54,380 nt of DNA, from positions 1-54,380 of the forward strand of contig CAXXSM010000017.1 in NCBI GenBank assembly GCA_963663405.2, written 5' to 3'. The notes beneath the pieces were generated by a model, which had not been told where the DNA came from, did not search any database, and saw nothing but the letters and a program-made list of their open reading frames with translations. Each line of letters begins with the position of its first letter. The first letter of the stretch is position 1. Made by a program: the position numbers and the translations under genes. This document shows positions 9,032 to 18,772 of this stretch, in pieces. This DNA is from a bacterium (GTDB taxonomy: Bacteria; Hinthialibacterota; Hinthialibacteria; Hinthialibacterales; Hinthialibacteraceae).

Positions 9032-11092
9032 CTACCCTAGCCAATAGAGAATTTGAGTGTTCTGCATGGCGCTGGATTCAATACGATCCGACGCGCCAAG
9101 CGCTTTCAGGCACTGATCACGGTTAACTGAATCTGATGGAAGCGCATCTCGTATGAGATCACAGGCTTTATCGAACACGATGATTCGATGTTTTGCTACA
9201 ATCGATTCTAAAGAATCGAGTATTCGTTTTGAATCATTTATAGGAGTTGGGCCATTTTCTTTTCTTATTTTCTGCGTCAGTAGCGCATTCATGACAGGCA
9301 GTTTTTCAAGAACACCGCTGGAAGCGATCCAGTTTTCAACGCGCTCCATCGGTATTGCGTCATAACCGAGAAGAAGATTTCCACCATCGGCTTCGTTCAA
9401 TAGCCAGATTAATGCGGCGATCGAGTTCCATTCCTCTTCCGGCCAATCGGTTAGAACAAAGCCGTTATGTTCCTTCAGATATTTGATGCGCTCTTTTCCT
9501 TTTTCACCTAACTTAATCGGATTGCATTGACGCCGAATCCAATACACGGAAGCCATTCGTTGTGTTTTCCATTCTTCGATTATTCGTCCCAATTTACGAG
9601 CGTATAAAGAATTATTGCCACTTTCACAAATTTCAACCGCGTATAGGTCACCATTGCTTCGTTTGAACTCAAAATCCCAAGGTTTTTTCTTCATTGGAAT
9701 ATTACGGCAATCCTTGATTTGAATAATGGGAGGATCGTTATGATGATCGATCACACATTGTAATAACCGGCGAACCTGCTCTTCTTCCATTCCTTCATCA
9801 ATGATTTGTGTGTTTTCCTTGGAAAAGAATTCCTTCCGGCCAATGTAGGTTTCTTCAAGATAGGTGTTTAAATCGACTGGTTTTGGTTCAGATCCAAATA
9901 GGAGTTGATCGTATTTCTCTGCGCAGACATTTAAGACATAACGGGGATAGACTTCCAGAGTTCTCGTTTCCAATTCATTGATTACAGTTTGAGGAAAATT
10001 TCGATCGAATGGAAAGAGGCCATTCTGAATTTCTAATTTTTCGTGTAATGGTTTTAACCGGGAAAGGATGATTCCTTCGATCAAATCGGGTTGCCGAACC
10101 GGTTGTAGATTCAGTTTATTCCCGGTTACACGGCTTTTTGTCGCTGGATCTTTAATCTGTTTTTCTAATTCTTCAAGCGTGCCTCTCAATATACAAGAAA
10201 CACATAGAACATTTTTTGAATAATTAATGATATCCGTGATAAATTGTGCGTAATTAAATAATTTTAGTTCTTGTCCTGGACTCGTGTAAAAATCCAGTTG
10301 ATCGAAACACAATACGATCGGACGGTCGAATGAGGACCATGTTAGCAAGTCGAAAATGAACTGCCTCGCCATTTCGTCGTTGAATTCTTCATTGGCGTAA
10401 TCCTGGCTGATCCCAAGTTGCGCGCATTCTTCACTTTCAAGCCCTAAACAGCGCAGCCATTTTTTCGCGGCCGAATGAAGGTCCGGTTTGAGATACGCGA
10501 TCAAGACGCGCAGATGCTCTTCGGCAATCTGAAAGCCTTTCGTTTCGATCGTTTCAATTATCGATGGAACGGCGCGGCTGATAAATTCAGGATCGTGATT
10601 GACATAGTAGAGCAGATTAATTGGATTCGATTCTAGGTTCGTAAAGAAATCAACATCCGGCGCATCTTCTTTTAATAGAGTTTTCTCAATCCCCCGGCAG
10701 ATTAAATAATGTAAATGAGTATACTGTGGATTGGGTGGATATCGCCGGAGCAGACCATTGACGATTTGCCGTTGAAGATACTTCCAATAATCATAATTCC
10801 CCGCCATAGGCATCACGTAGGTAAAATAGACGCGTTCGCCTAGTGTCTTGCGGATTCGTGATAGTAAATGGGATTTCCCGGACCCGGCAAATCCATGAAT
10901 GACCACGGAATTGGCTTTATGGCTTGGATCGTTTTGGAGTTGTTTGACATATCGATTGATTTGATCGGAGACATCGGCGTGAATCGCAGGCACGTCTGTG
11001 ATCCCTTCCCAAGGATCCCCGACTTTGTCATTGCGGAATGGATTGAAGCCTTCGCCGCGCAAGCATTGGAGCCAATGTTCTCGATCGTTCAT
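9032..11092 (-). CDS. Large P-loop (AAA+-like) ATPase of unknown function
   Basis: Walker A HGFAGSGKSHL, Walker B VLCFDQLD, downstream ATKSR (putative Arg finger) and FPF...YPRYVL helical region. Confidence 0.85.
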   Translation of the reverse strand: MNDREHWLQCLRGEGFNPFRNDKVGDPWEGITDVPAIHADVSDQINRYVKQLQNDPSHKANSVVIHGFAGSGKSHLLSRIRKTLGERVYFTYVMPMAGNYDYWKYLQRQIVNGLLRRYPPNPQYTHLHYLICRGIEKTLLKEDAPDVDFFTNLESNPINLLYYVNHDPEFISRAVPSIIETIETKGFQIAEEHLRVLIAYLKPDLHSAAKKWLRCLGLESEECAQLGISQDYANEEFNDEMARQFIFDLLTWSSFDRPIVLCFDQLDFYTSPGQELKLFNYAQFITDIINYSKNVLCVSCILRGTLEELEKQIKDPATKSRVTGNKLNLQPVRQPDLIEGIILSRLKPLHEKLEIQNGLFPFDRNFPQTVINELETRTLEVYPRYVLNVCAEKYDQLLFGSEPKPVDLNTYLEETYIGRKEFFSKENTQIIDEGMEEEQVRRLLQCVIDHHNDPPIIQIKDCRNIPMKKKPWDFEFKRSNGDLYAVEICESGNNSLYARKLGRIIEEWKTQRMASVYWIRRQCNPIKLGEKGKERIKYLKEHNGFVLTDWPEEEWNSIAALIWLLNEADGGNLLLGYDAIPMERVENWIASSGVLEKLPVMNALLTQKIRKENGPTPINDSKRILDSLESIVAKHRIIVFDKACDLIRDALPSDSVNRDQCLKALGASDRIESSAMQNTQILYWLG

Positions 11093-12420
11093 GAGAGCCT
11101 CCTTGCGATATAGAACAGAAAATCATTAACCTGATAACAGGCGTCTTTTTCTTCTTGCGAAAGACCGTCCTGCGTTGTCCGCCGTTCTAATTGGATCGCG
11201 TGGCGGTCAGCGAGCGTTTGAAGAATGGTTTCAAACTGCTTGCGGGTGATGCGGTCTTTCATCGCGTTCCATAATTTCGGAATGGGCACAGCGCGGTCGC
11301 GGAAACCGATTTCGTCCAATCGTTTATGTTCCCGCCAAAACAGCGATTCCAATTCTTTGGTATCGACAGGTTGCGTGTCAACGGGCTCAGTTCTTTGTTT
11401 AATCTTGTTACGAAGTTCGATCAATTCGAGCAATACTTTTTTGAGGTCTGTTTTTTGGGGAGGATTAACGAGAAGTTCGTGTCCAGGCAGGCAGATCTTT
11501 TCTGAATTCCCTGATATAACCGATCGGAACGATTGACTCTGCTTAGGCATACAAGATTCGAGATCTTTTTTTGTGACGTTTCCTTGCGGAATCCGTTGGT
11601 TGATCTCTTTTAACAACGCGTCAATGAAATCCTTTTTTGAACAGGGATACTTCGCAAGGTCGTTTTTTACGAAATGATTTAAGGCATCTTTCGCGCATTC
11701 ATCGATGAATGTTTCGGTCAGATATTCTTTTGGATCTTTCGGTTTATCCATAGGAAGACAAACCGATTTCGTTCTTCCTGCGGTGACCTGATAAAAGCGG
11801 GTTGGAGATTCTAGAAACGGTTCCACTGTTTTCGCTGTGAGTGGAAGGCCTGATATCTTCTCCTTCATACGTTCAGTTAAACGTTTTTTATAGTCCTTTA
11901 ATGGACATGGATAATTGTCCGGTTCGCTCTCCTTGATCTGCTGGAGCAGTTCAGCGCCAACGGATTCAACAAGTTCAGCGTTCAAAAAAAGTGATACATC
12001 GGTTTTCACTAGCATGACGCGGTCATTGCGGGATGGATCGAGTACAAGAAACACTTCTTTATCGCTTTTCCGGATCCAGGCTTGGATCTCAGAAGGTTTC
12101 AACGCCGTCCGGTTTTGAATCCAAATACAAAACTCGCTCAACGTTGGTGGATAGAGATTGGGAGACTCTTCTTTGAATGCAGAGAGATTCATCACAAGAA
12201 ATTTCGCGGCATGAGCCTTTGGCAAAAGATCCGGCCGCTGTTCGGCGAGAAGAAATCGAGTTTTCTCTGAGACAACAACCGCTTCTTTCTTGAGATCAGA
12301 TAAGATCGCTTTGACGTCTTTCGCGCTGACCGGCAATTCACATTGATCTTTTATTTCTGCAGGAGTGAAACCTTCGGGATTGCGATGATTCTTGAGAAAC
12401 TGAATGATTGTTTGTTTCAT
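11089..12420 (-). CDS. Hypothetical protein with tandem internal repeats, putative multi-winged-helix DNA-binding protein
   Basis: 443-aa Lys/Glu-rich soluble ORF; N-terminal HTH-like FTPAEIKDQC...VKAILSDL; repeated YP(C)..KD units; C-terminal VPIPKL...ITRKQFETILQTL...IQL. Its stop overlaps the next start (ATGA). Confidence 0.7.
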   Translation of the reverse strand: MKQTIIQFLKNHRNPEGFTPAEIKDQCELPVSAKDVKAILSDLKKEAVVVSEKTRFLLAEQRPDLLPKAHAAKFLVMNLSAFKEESPNLYPPTLSEFCIWIQNRTALKPSEIQAWIRKSDKEVFLVLDPSRNDRVMLVKTDVSLFLNAELVESVGAELLQQIKESEPDNYPCPLKDYKKRLTERMKEKISGLPLTAKTVEPFLESPTRFYQVTAGRTKSVCLPMDKPKDPKEYLTETFIDECAKDALNHFVKNDLAKYPCSKKDFIDALLKEINQRIPQGNVTKKDLESCMPKQSQSFRSVISGNSEKICLPGHELLVNPPQKTDLKKVLLELIELRNKIKQRTEPVDTQPVDTKELESLFWREHKRLDEIGFRDRAVPIPKLWNAMKDRITRKQFETILQTLADRHAIQLERRTTQDGLSQEEKDACYQVNDFLFYIARRLS

Positions 12421-12629
12421 AATTTTGATTTCTACTTAGAATTTAATCTTTAAATCATGGAATCAATATATTTTAAAGACTATGCCACAAACGCCTAATG
12501 AATCAATTGTAACGGAAAAATAACATTTTTTTAAAGGCTTATATCAGGAGAAATCTATAATTTGGATAGAATAATTATCAGATATGTGGTTTGAGAGGTC
12601 AATGGCGCAATAAGTCCATGGTATCACAA

Positions 12630-12654
12630 ATCATTCATCATCGTTATGAATGAT
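12630..12654. promoter_or_regulatory. Perfect 9-bp inverted repeat, candidate operator in a divergent promoter region
   Basis: ATCATTCAT-N7-ATGAATGAT in the AT-rich gap between the 12420 (-) and 12978 (+) starts. Confidence 0.35.
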
Positions 12655-12977
12655 CAAAATGAAATTATGATTATCTTATGTATACTTCAGTTAATGTTTT
12701 CTCTTTCGCCGAATTGCAGGAAGGGGAAATCAGTAGATCCTTTTCGCATCCGCGTCTCACAATCTTAAATTTCTCCGATTCAGAAAATAACTGGAAAGCG
12801 CTCTTCTACACTCGAAGGAAAACAATACATCATACTCCCGCTATTGAAAAAAGACCGGCTTGAGTCTTTGGTATTCCAAAAGCCTTAGTCTTGGCTTATA
12901 GTGTGTGGAATGTCCGGAGTCGTTTTTGCGGAAGAGGGAACGGTCCGGCTGATCGCTATTCTTGAAGGAGATATACA

Positions 12978-14135
12978 ATGGAAAAGAAACGTTTCTGTCT
13001 CACGATCTTAAGCTTTTTGCTTCTTACCGCTTCCGTGAGTCAGGCGGATGGTTGGCTCCCTCTTTTCAATGGGGAGAATTTGGATGGCTGGAGAGTTCAC
13101 GGTGATCCCGAATGGAGGATTAAAGACGGCCATATCGTTGTCGACGGCGTAGGCAAAGAGATGGGCTGGCTGGTCAGCGAGGGAAGTTACGATAACTTTG
13201 TGTTCAGCGCCCGATTCAAATGGTATGGCGGCAATAGCGGGATTCAAGTGCGCAGCCAGCTCGAGGGACTCGATGGAAAACGCATGGTGGGATATCAAGC
13301 GAACCTCGATCCGGGCCGTACATTCGCCACGGGATCGATTTTGTATGAGAACGGACGAGGGAAGCGGATCGAAACCAAAGTCCCGGCGGACAAACTCTTT
13401 AAAAAGGATGAATGGAATGTGTACGAGATTGCCGTTCTCGGTGATCGCTATATCATTCACGTCAATGGGATCGAGACCGTTGATATGAAAGATCCAAATG
13501 GTGATTCGAGCGGGATCGTCGCGCTCCAAATGGCGCCGGGTGAAGGGGCGAAAATGGAATGGAGCGATATCCGCATCCTGCCGCTTCCCAAAAACAGCCG
13601 TTCCCTGTCGATGTTCAATGGGGAAGACCTATCCGGTTGGGAAACGCTTGGGAATCCTGTATGGGATGTGGAGGATGGTTGCATCGTAGGCCGGTCCATG
13701 ACGGAGAATGAAGGTTACGGATGGCTGGTTTCCATTAAGGAATACTCCAATTTTCATTTCACCACCCGGTTCAAAATCGCTAAAGGCAACTCCGGTGTTC
13801 AATTCCGCAGTTGGCAGGTGGATAATATGATTCACGGATTCCAAGCGGATATCGCCTCGGGCAGCGATTGGATCAATGGACATCTTTACGACCAGAGCGA
13901 AAAAGGGGTTTTAGTGCGGCCCAATCAAGATTTCAGTAAGCTGATCGATTGGAATGGATGGAATATATATGAAATCACCGCCATTGGCCCTAAAGTGGAA
14001 CTCTTCATCAATGGCGTCAAATCTATCGAACATACGGATCCTGAACGGTTAAAAGGGATTTTCGCATTCCAGATTCATGCCGGGCAGGCGATGGAAACAC
14101 GCTGGAATGATATCCGCATTATCCCGATCCCCTAA
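12978..14135 (+). CDS. Secreted tandem DUF1080 (3-keto-disaccharide hydrolase family) protein
   Basis: Signal peptide; two copies of LFNG.DL.GW...NSG(I/V)Q.R...G(Y/F)QA...W N.YEI...LQ/FQ; RBS GAAGGAG. Confidence 0.9.
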   Translation: MEKKRFCLTILSFLLLTASVSQADGWLPLFNGENLDGWRVHGDPEWRIKDGHIVVDGVGKEMGWLVSEGSYDNFVFSARFKWYGGNSGIQVRSQLEGLDGKRMVGYQANLDPGRTFATGSILYENGRGKRIETKVPADKLFKKDEWNVYEIAVLGDRYIIHVNGIETVDMKDPNGDSSGIVALQMAPGEGAKMEWSDIRILPLPKNSRSLSMFNGEDLSGWETLGNPVWDVEDGCIVGRSMTENEGYGWLVSIKEYSNFHFTTRFKIAKGNSGVQFRSWQVDNMIHGFQADIASGSDWINGHLYDQSEKGVLVRPNQDFSKLIDWNGWNIYEITAIGPKVELFINGVKSIEHTDPERLKGIFAFQIHAGQAMETRWNDIRIIPIP

Positions 14136-14175
14136 TAGATACATAGATTCATACAATACGAAACAGATCGTACAG

Positions 14176-14214
14176 AAAGCATCCCTCTTTGCTTCATCGG
14201 GGGATGCTTTTTTT
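14176..14214 (+). terminator. Rho-independent terminator
   Basis: AAAGCATCCC...GGGATGCTTT stem followed by a T-run, between convergent genes. Confidence 0.75.
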
Positions 14215-14306
14215 ATGTCAGGTATAACTACGAGGTGAATATTCTTTCCAGGTTCCGGTAGAGGGAATTGGCAGTTAAAGGAAAAGGCGTCAGCGTTAAG
14301 GCTCCA

Positions 14307-15164
14307 TCATTCTTGGGCAGGGGTGTTGTTAGAGAATTCCCCATCGGTAAACGAATACCGGCAAAAACGGCAAATGCGGGCTTCCTCCCGAACCATTTCG
14401 GCGCACATCGGGCATTTTTTATACCTATCCGTACTGGAGTCAGCGCTCGCGGAACTGGTTGAAGAGACGCTTTCCGGTTCTTCCATGCTGGATTCCGCGG
14501 TGGCGGCGCGTTGAAGGATTGTTTGGATAATCCTATCGAGATTCTCAAACCAGAAGGCGTGAATCAAGAGATGATATTCATAATTTTTCCGGTTCCACTC
14601 CATTAAATCCTTTTCTTCAGACGATTTCGGCATCCCGGAAAGTCCGAAAAGAGTGAAAACTAAGTCGAACACTTTGCCTGGAACAATTTTATTAACTAAG
14701 AACATCACACGCATTATCTGTTGCGCTTGGGAAAGATCGCGGCCCCGTGTTTTTTCCGGTAATTGCTCCTTTGATTTTATGTAGGACGCTAGGTCTTTCA
14801 ATTGGATTCCAAGATAACGCGCGCCAATCGCTTTGACAGATCCTGCGTTTACTAAATTCGGCCAGGGAATAAATCCTATTGTAATGTACGTATCGAGGAA
14901 CAATCCTTTTTCATTGATTTCTATATGACCCGCGTCCTTCCGGATCAATTTGAATACGAAAATCGATCCACCTCCGAAAAACAGAATACCCACTACAGTT
15001 GTGAAGATCGTATCAAGTTTCAATTCACCTGGCTCATCAAAAGGCAAAGCTAAACATCCGATCGCCATGAGCAATCCGATGATGGCTGTAATTGTATACA
15101 AGGTTTTCATCCCACCAGACATTTTCAAAGGCACGGAAATGGAATTATTCTCTGAGTCGTTCAT
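14307..15164 (-). CDS. Membrane protein with C-terminal zinc ribbon (UPF0547-like)
   Basis: Two N-terminal hydrophobic helices; KKCPMCAE...ARICRFCRYSF. Start at MNDSEN preferred. Confidence 0.75.
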   Translation of the reverse strand: MNDSENNSISVPLKMSGGMKTLYTITAIIGLLMAIGCLALPFDEPGELKLDTIFTTVVGILFFGGGSIFVFKLIRKDAGHIEINEKGLFLDTYITIGFIPWPNLVNAGSVKAIGARYLGIQLKDLASYIKSKEQLPEKTRGRDLSQAQQIMRVMFLVNKIVPGKVFDLVFTLFGLSGMPKSSEEKDLMEWNRKNYEYHLLIHAFWFENLDRIIQTILQRAATAESSMEEPESVSSTSSASADSSTDRYKKCPMCAEMVREEARICRFCRYSFTDGEFSNNTPAQE

Positions 15165-15472
15165 TGGTTTCTCTCTTCTCAATTAGATTAAAGACAAGGG
15201 TAAAAATAATATATCACACTCTCTTCATTGAAAAAGACCAGTTTGAGTCTATGGATGTACCAAAGAACGGTGATGGAGTGATAGCCGCTTCATCGTAAAC
15301 CTTTATAGAATCGTGAATTAATGCAAAACGAATAATTTTGCACAGAAAAAAACACCTGATTTTATGGGGATTTTTTTCGAATTAATTATTTTTTTTTGAA
15401 ATTAACAATTCTTCCTTTCGTATAACCATCGAAAGTCAATACACACACCAAACCAGTATTGGAGGAGAAACG

Positions 15473-16003
15473 ATGTACAAATTCATGAAGAGAGCAGCCA
15501 AAGTTGGAGGGATCGCTTGTTTGTGTGGGATATTCGCTTTAGCGGTTATGGCCGCGCCGACAAGCGACGAGTATTTTTTCCGCATCGAGGTGAAGGGCGG
15601 TCATGGAGAGGAAGTCAGTGTTTCCGCGCCATTATCGTTGCTGGGAACCCTCTACGACATCATGCCGTCCGAAATTCACAAGATGTTTGAAAAGTCTGAT
15701 TTAACCATCGAGAAAATCATCAATGAATTGGAAAAACTGGAAGGAGAAGATTTAGTCCGGGTAACGGGTGAAGAAAATGTCCGGATCTGGTGTGAACCGG
15801 TTACGAATTCAAACCGGAAAGACCTGGGATTCGTCAAAATTCATGTAGAAGAAGATGATGATGATGTCGAAGTGAATGTCGTTATCCCACGCGGTTTGAT
15901 TCAACTCGCAGGTTCAATCATTAAAGAATTGGGATTGGCGGATAAGATTTTTGATGAACATTGTCTCGAAGAATTGACTGGCGCTAAAATTTCGTTGCAC
16001 TAA
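15473..16003 (+). CDS. Hypothetical secreted protein
   Basis: RBS GGAGGAG, signal peptide, acidic mature region with a weak internal duplication (V.V..P..L). Confidence 0.8.
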   Translation: MYKFMKRAAKVGGIACLCGIFALAVMAAPTSDEYFFRIEVKGGHGEEVSVSAPLSLLGTLYDIMPSEIHKMFEKSDLTIEKIINELEKLEGEDLVRVTGEENVRIWCEPVTNSNRKDLGFVKIHVEEDDDDVEVNVVIPRGLIQLAGSIIKELGLADKIFDEHCLEELTGAKISLH

Positions 16004-16219
16004 AACGAAACGAAAAAAAAGCAGGCGCCAGAATTGCATTCCTTTTGGAGCGGGAATGAATCAAGGCGCCATCACCAAAAAACACTGCGTTTCGTTACCT
16101 TGTCAACGAAAACGAAACAGCGAAAAAACAGACGTTGAATTTTATATCGTAATTAAGGATCTTTTCTAGAGGCGTATTGGAATACGAATACAAATTGCCG
16201 CCCCACGAATAAGATAATC

Positions 16220-16277
16220 AGGGAGAGTGTCACTTTTCCCGGTCATGTGTCCGGGAGAAGCTGCGCGCTCCCTTTTT
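16220..16277 (+). terminator. Long stem-loop with T-tract (terminator or attenuator)
   Basis: CTTTTCCCGG/CCGGGAGAAG inner stem, AGGGAG/CTCCCT outer stem, then TTTTT. Confidence 0.5.
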
Positions 16278-16479
16278 CTAATAGTATAAACTGTTCCCAG
16301 CCCATCCCGCTTTCATTCGAGTATGACTAGATCCCAATAGAGCGGTTACACAACGTTTGATCGAACGTAAAGAATGTGTACAATGAATGATATAAGGACT
16401 TTTTGGATCGAGCGTTTTTTTTCACATTGTGATTTCAAATCATGATGCTTTAGACTGGACAACACGCAGGGGCGATGCA

Positions 16480-16938
16480 ATGAATCTGTCGGATATTCTG
16501 ATCGAAGAAACGATTTCTCTCCACTTGAGCGGGCGGACAAAAACAGAAGTGATTCGGGAAATGGCGGAACTGGCGTCGCGAAGCGGTAAAGTGGAATCAA
16601 CTGAAACGCTCGTGAAAGCGATTTCAGAACGTGAATCCCTTCAATCGACGGGGATCGGGCATGGAGTCGCGATCCCCCATGCGACAGCGGATGGGATTAC
16701 GGACCTTGTCTTGGCGTTGGGAATTGTGAAACCGGGGATTGATTATGATTCTCTGGATAAAGAACCGGTTCAACTCATCTTCTGCCTGGCGGGCGCTCCA
16801 CGGTACCAGACGACGTTTCTCAGCATCCTTAGTAAAATCTTCCGGATATTCCGGAAAAAAGAGATGCGCGAGAAAGTGCTGGCCGCGCAGAATGCAGAAG
16901 AAATACTTTCCTTAATTGAGACCCGCGAGGAGATGTGA
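16480..16938 (+). CDS. PTS IIA component (EIIA-Ntr/fructose-mannitol family)
   Basis: ERESLQSTGIGHGVAIPHA phospho-His motif, GIDYDSLD.EPVQLIF. Confidence 0.92.
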   Translation: MNLSDILIEETISLHLSGRTKTEVIREMAELASRSGKVESTETLVKAISERESLQSTGIGHGVAIPHATADGITDLVLALGIVKPGIDYDSLDKEPVQLIFCLAGAPRYQTTFLSILSKIFRIFRKKEMREKVLAAQNAEEILSLIETREEM

Positions 16939-16947
16939 ATACAGCCG

Positions 16948-17274
16948 ATGCAGCTTCTCGTAATCTTTCTCAATCAGGAAGAATTCCTGGACGATATACT
17001 CGCGGAGTTGGTGGAATTGGAGATCACCAACGCTTCTGTAATTGATGGAGTCGCCATGGAGCGCGTTTTGGCCAAGGATGTTCCGATCTTTGCGGGTTTG
17101 CTGCAAACCACACGCGGCTCACGCGCGTACAATAAGAATATCTTCGCCCTGGTTTCCAAGCGCCAAACTGTAGATCGATTGCTCTCTATCTTGAAGGATT
17201 TGGAAATCGATCTCTCTGATCCTACGGTCGGAGCTCTCTTTACTGTGCCGGTCGATTACGCTGTTACTGAATAG
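16948..17274 (+). CDS. PII-like (GlnB-fold) small protein
   Basis: 108 aa, MQLLVIFLN.E...G ALFTVPVD terminal strand typical of PII-like folds; operonic position. Confidence 0.55.
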   Translation: MQLLVIFLNQEEFLDDILAELVELEITNASVIDGVAMERVLAKDVPIFAGLLQTTRGSRAYNKNIFALVSKRQTVDRLLSILKDLEIDLSDPTVGALFTVPVDYAVTE

Positions 17275-17340
17275 AATTCTCTCTAATCGAATTCAATAGC
17301 GAGAATCCACTTACTCTAATCCTTGTGAGACTCAAATGGG

Positions 17341-18685
17341 ATGAATGTTATACTGGGATTTGTCGTAATCGCGTTGTTGGGATTCATCGGTTCCCGTCTG
17401 ACGTTGTTCCGCAGTCAGTTTTCAATTGGAATGCAGTTCATCACATTGTCGGGCACGGAATTTCTTTTTGTTGGTTTCCTGCTGGGGCCGTGGGGAACCA
17501 ATTTAATAACCGAAACCGCCCTGCGGCAATTGGCGCCGGTGTTTAGTCTTGGATTGGGTTGGATCGGGCTCATCATCGGATTGCAATTCGATCGCGCGAT
17601 CGTCAAACGGATTTCGGCTCATATATGGAAAATCGGCCTGACGATATCTTCGATCACGTTCCTTGTTACCTTCCTGTTTTTTTATCTCACACTCGATTGG
17701 TTATTTTCTTTCTTTCCAATCCTTTCCAAAGGAAACTTTGATTCTATCTATTTAAACCCAATTGCCAAGATCGGCGCTTGTGTGATCTTGGGATGGGTAG
17801 CGTCCGAATCCACGAACTCGGCCCTCGCGTTACTAAAACAAACCGGTAAGGCGCGAGGGGAAGCGGCGAAATTACTGCAATATCTATCCGATATCCGAAA
17901 TCCCATCGCTATTCTCGCGATGGGGATATGGTATTGTTTTTTTCATGTTTCTCGCTTTATTGGCGCTTCAACAACCACACAGGATAGCATTGACGCGGCG
18001 AAGGAAGTTTTTCTCTCATCTTCTCAACGGTTCAGTTTGGAACTCATTTCTTATAATGGGAATGACTTGGCTTCTAATAGCCCTTCTCTTTGGTCTGATC
18101 TTGGGCTGGATGCTTCATTATCTAACCAGCAAACGATTGCAACACAATGAAATGCTGTTGTCTTTGACGGGCGCGGTGATTTTATCCTCGGGTCTGGCCT
18201 CCTACATTCATATCTCCCCCCTATTTATGAATTTTATTGTTGGAGTGACACTTACGAACCTTCCAAACTTCGCTCGTGGACGTGTATCCAATCTCTTGCT
18301 TGAAACAGAAAAACCGTTTTTCACTATCTTTTTAATCCTTGTTGGGGCGTTGTGGCCCGTGACGGCGTCAGCGGCGGTAGGAGCAGTGTTGATTTACTGT
18401 CCGGCCCGGGTTTTGGGTCTGGTCTTGGGGATGCGAATCGGTCAGGCTTTATTCCTGCGTAACGAGAATCAGGACTTTAAGCGTTTGGGATTCGCTATGT
18501 TGCCACAGGGAGGAGTCGCAATCGCGTTGGTAATGGATTATACCTTTCTCTATCCCGGTCCACACGCGTCGTTCGCTTTAGGAGTCGTTATCTTCGCTGT
18601 CCTGATGAATCAACTCATCGGATCGAATGTTATGGCGGTGACACTGCGCAAACTGGATAAAGCGGAAGGCGTTAATTCAATGTGA
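17341..18685 (+). CDS. Cation:proton antiporter family membrane protein (apparent frameshift ~17950-18050)
   Basis: GFLLGP, GWIGLIIGLQF, ISPLF, PQGGVAIAL, NQLIG motifs spread across ORFs 17341..18150 and 17945..18685. Confidence 0.8.
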
Positions 18686-18772
18686 AATAGTCAGTGCTTT
18701 AATTCGATCTAATAAGGCTGGCACAATATGGGGAACGGCTGGAAATAGAAATTTATTGGACACAGAGAGAAC

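Noticed and set aside
16157-16335. Possible 6S RNA-like long hairpin
   Set aside because: Only the central stem-loop pairs convincingly; the flanking arms pair poorly by eye. Kept as a terminator-like hairpin; an Rfam search would settle it.
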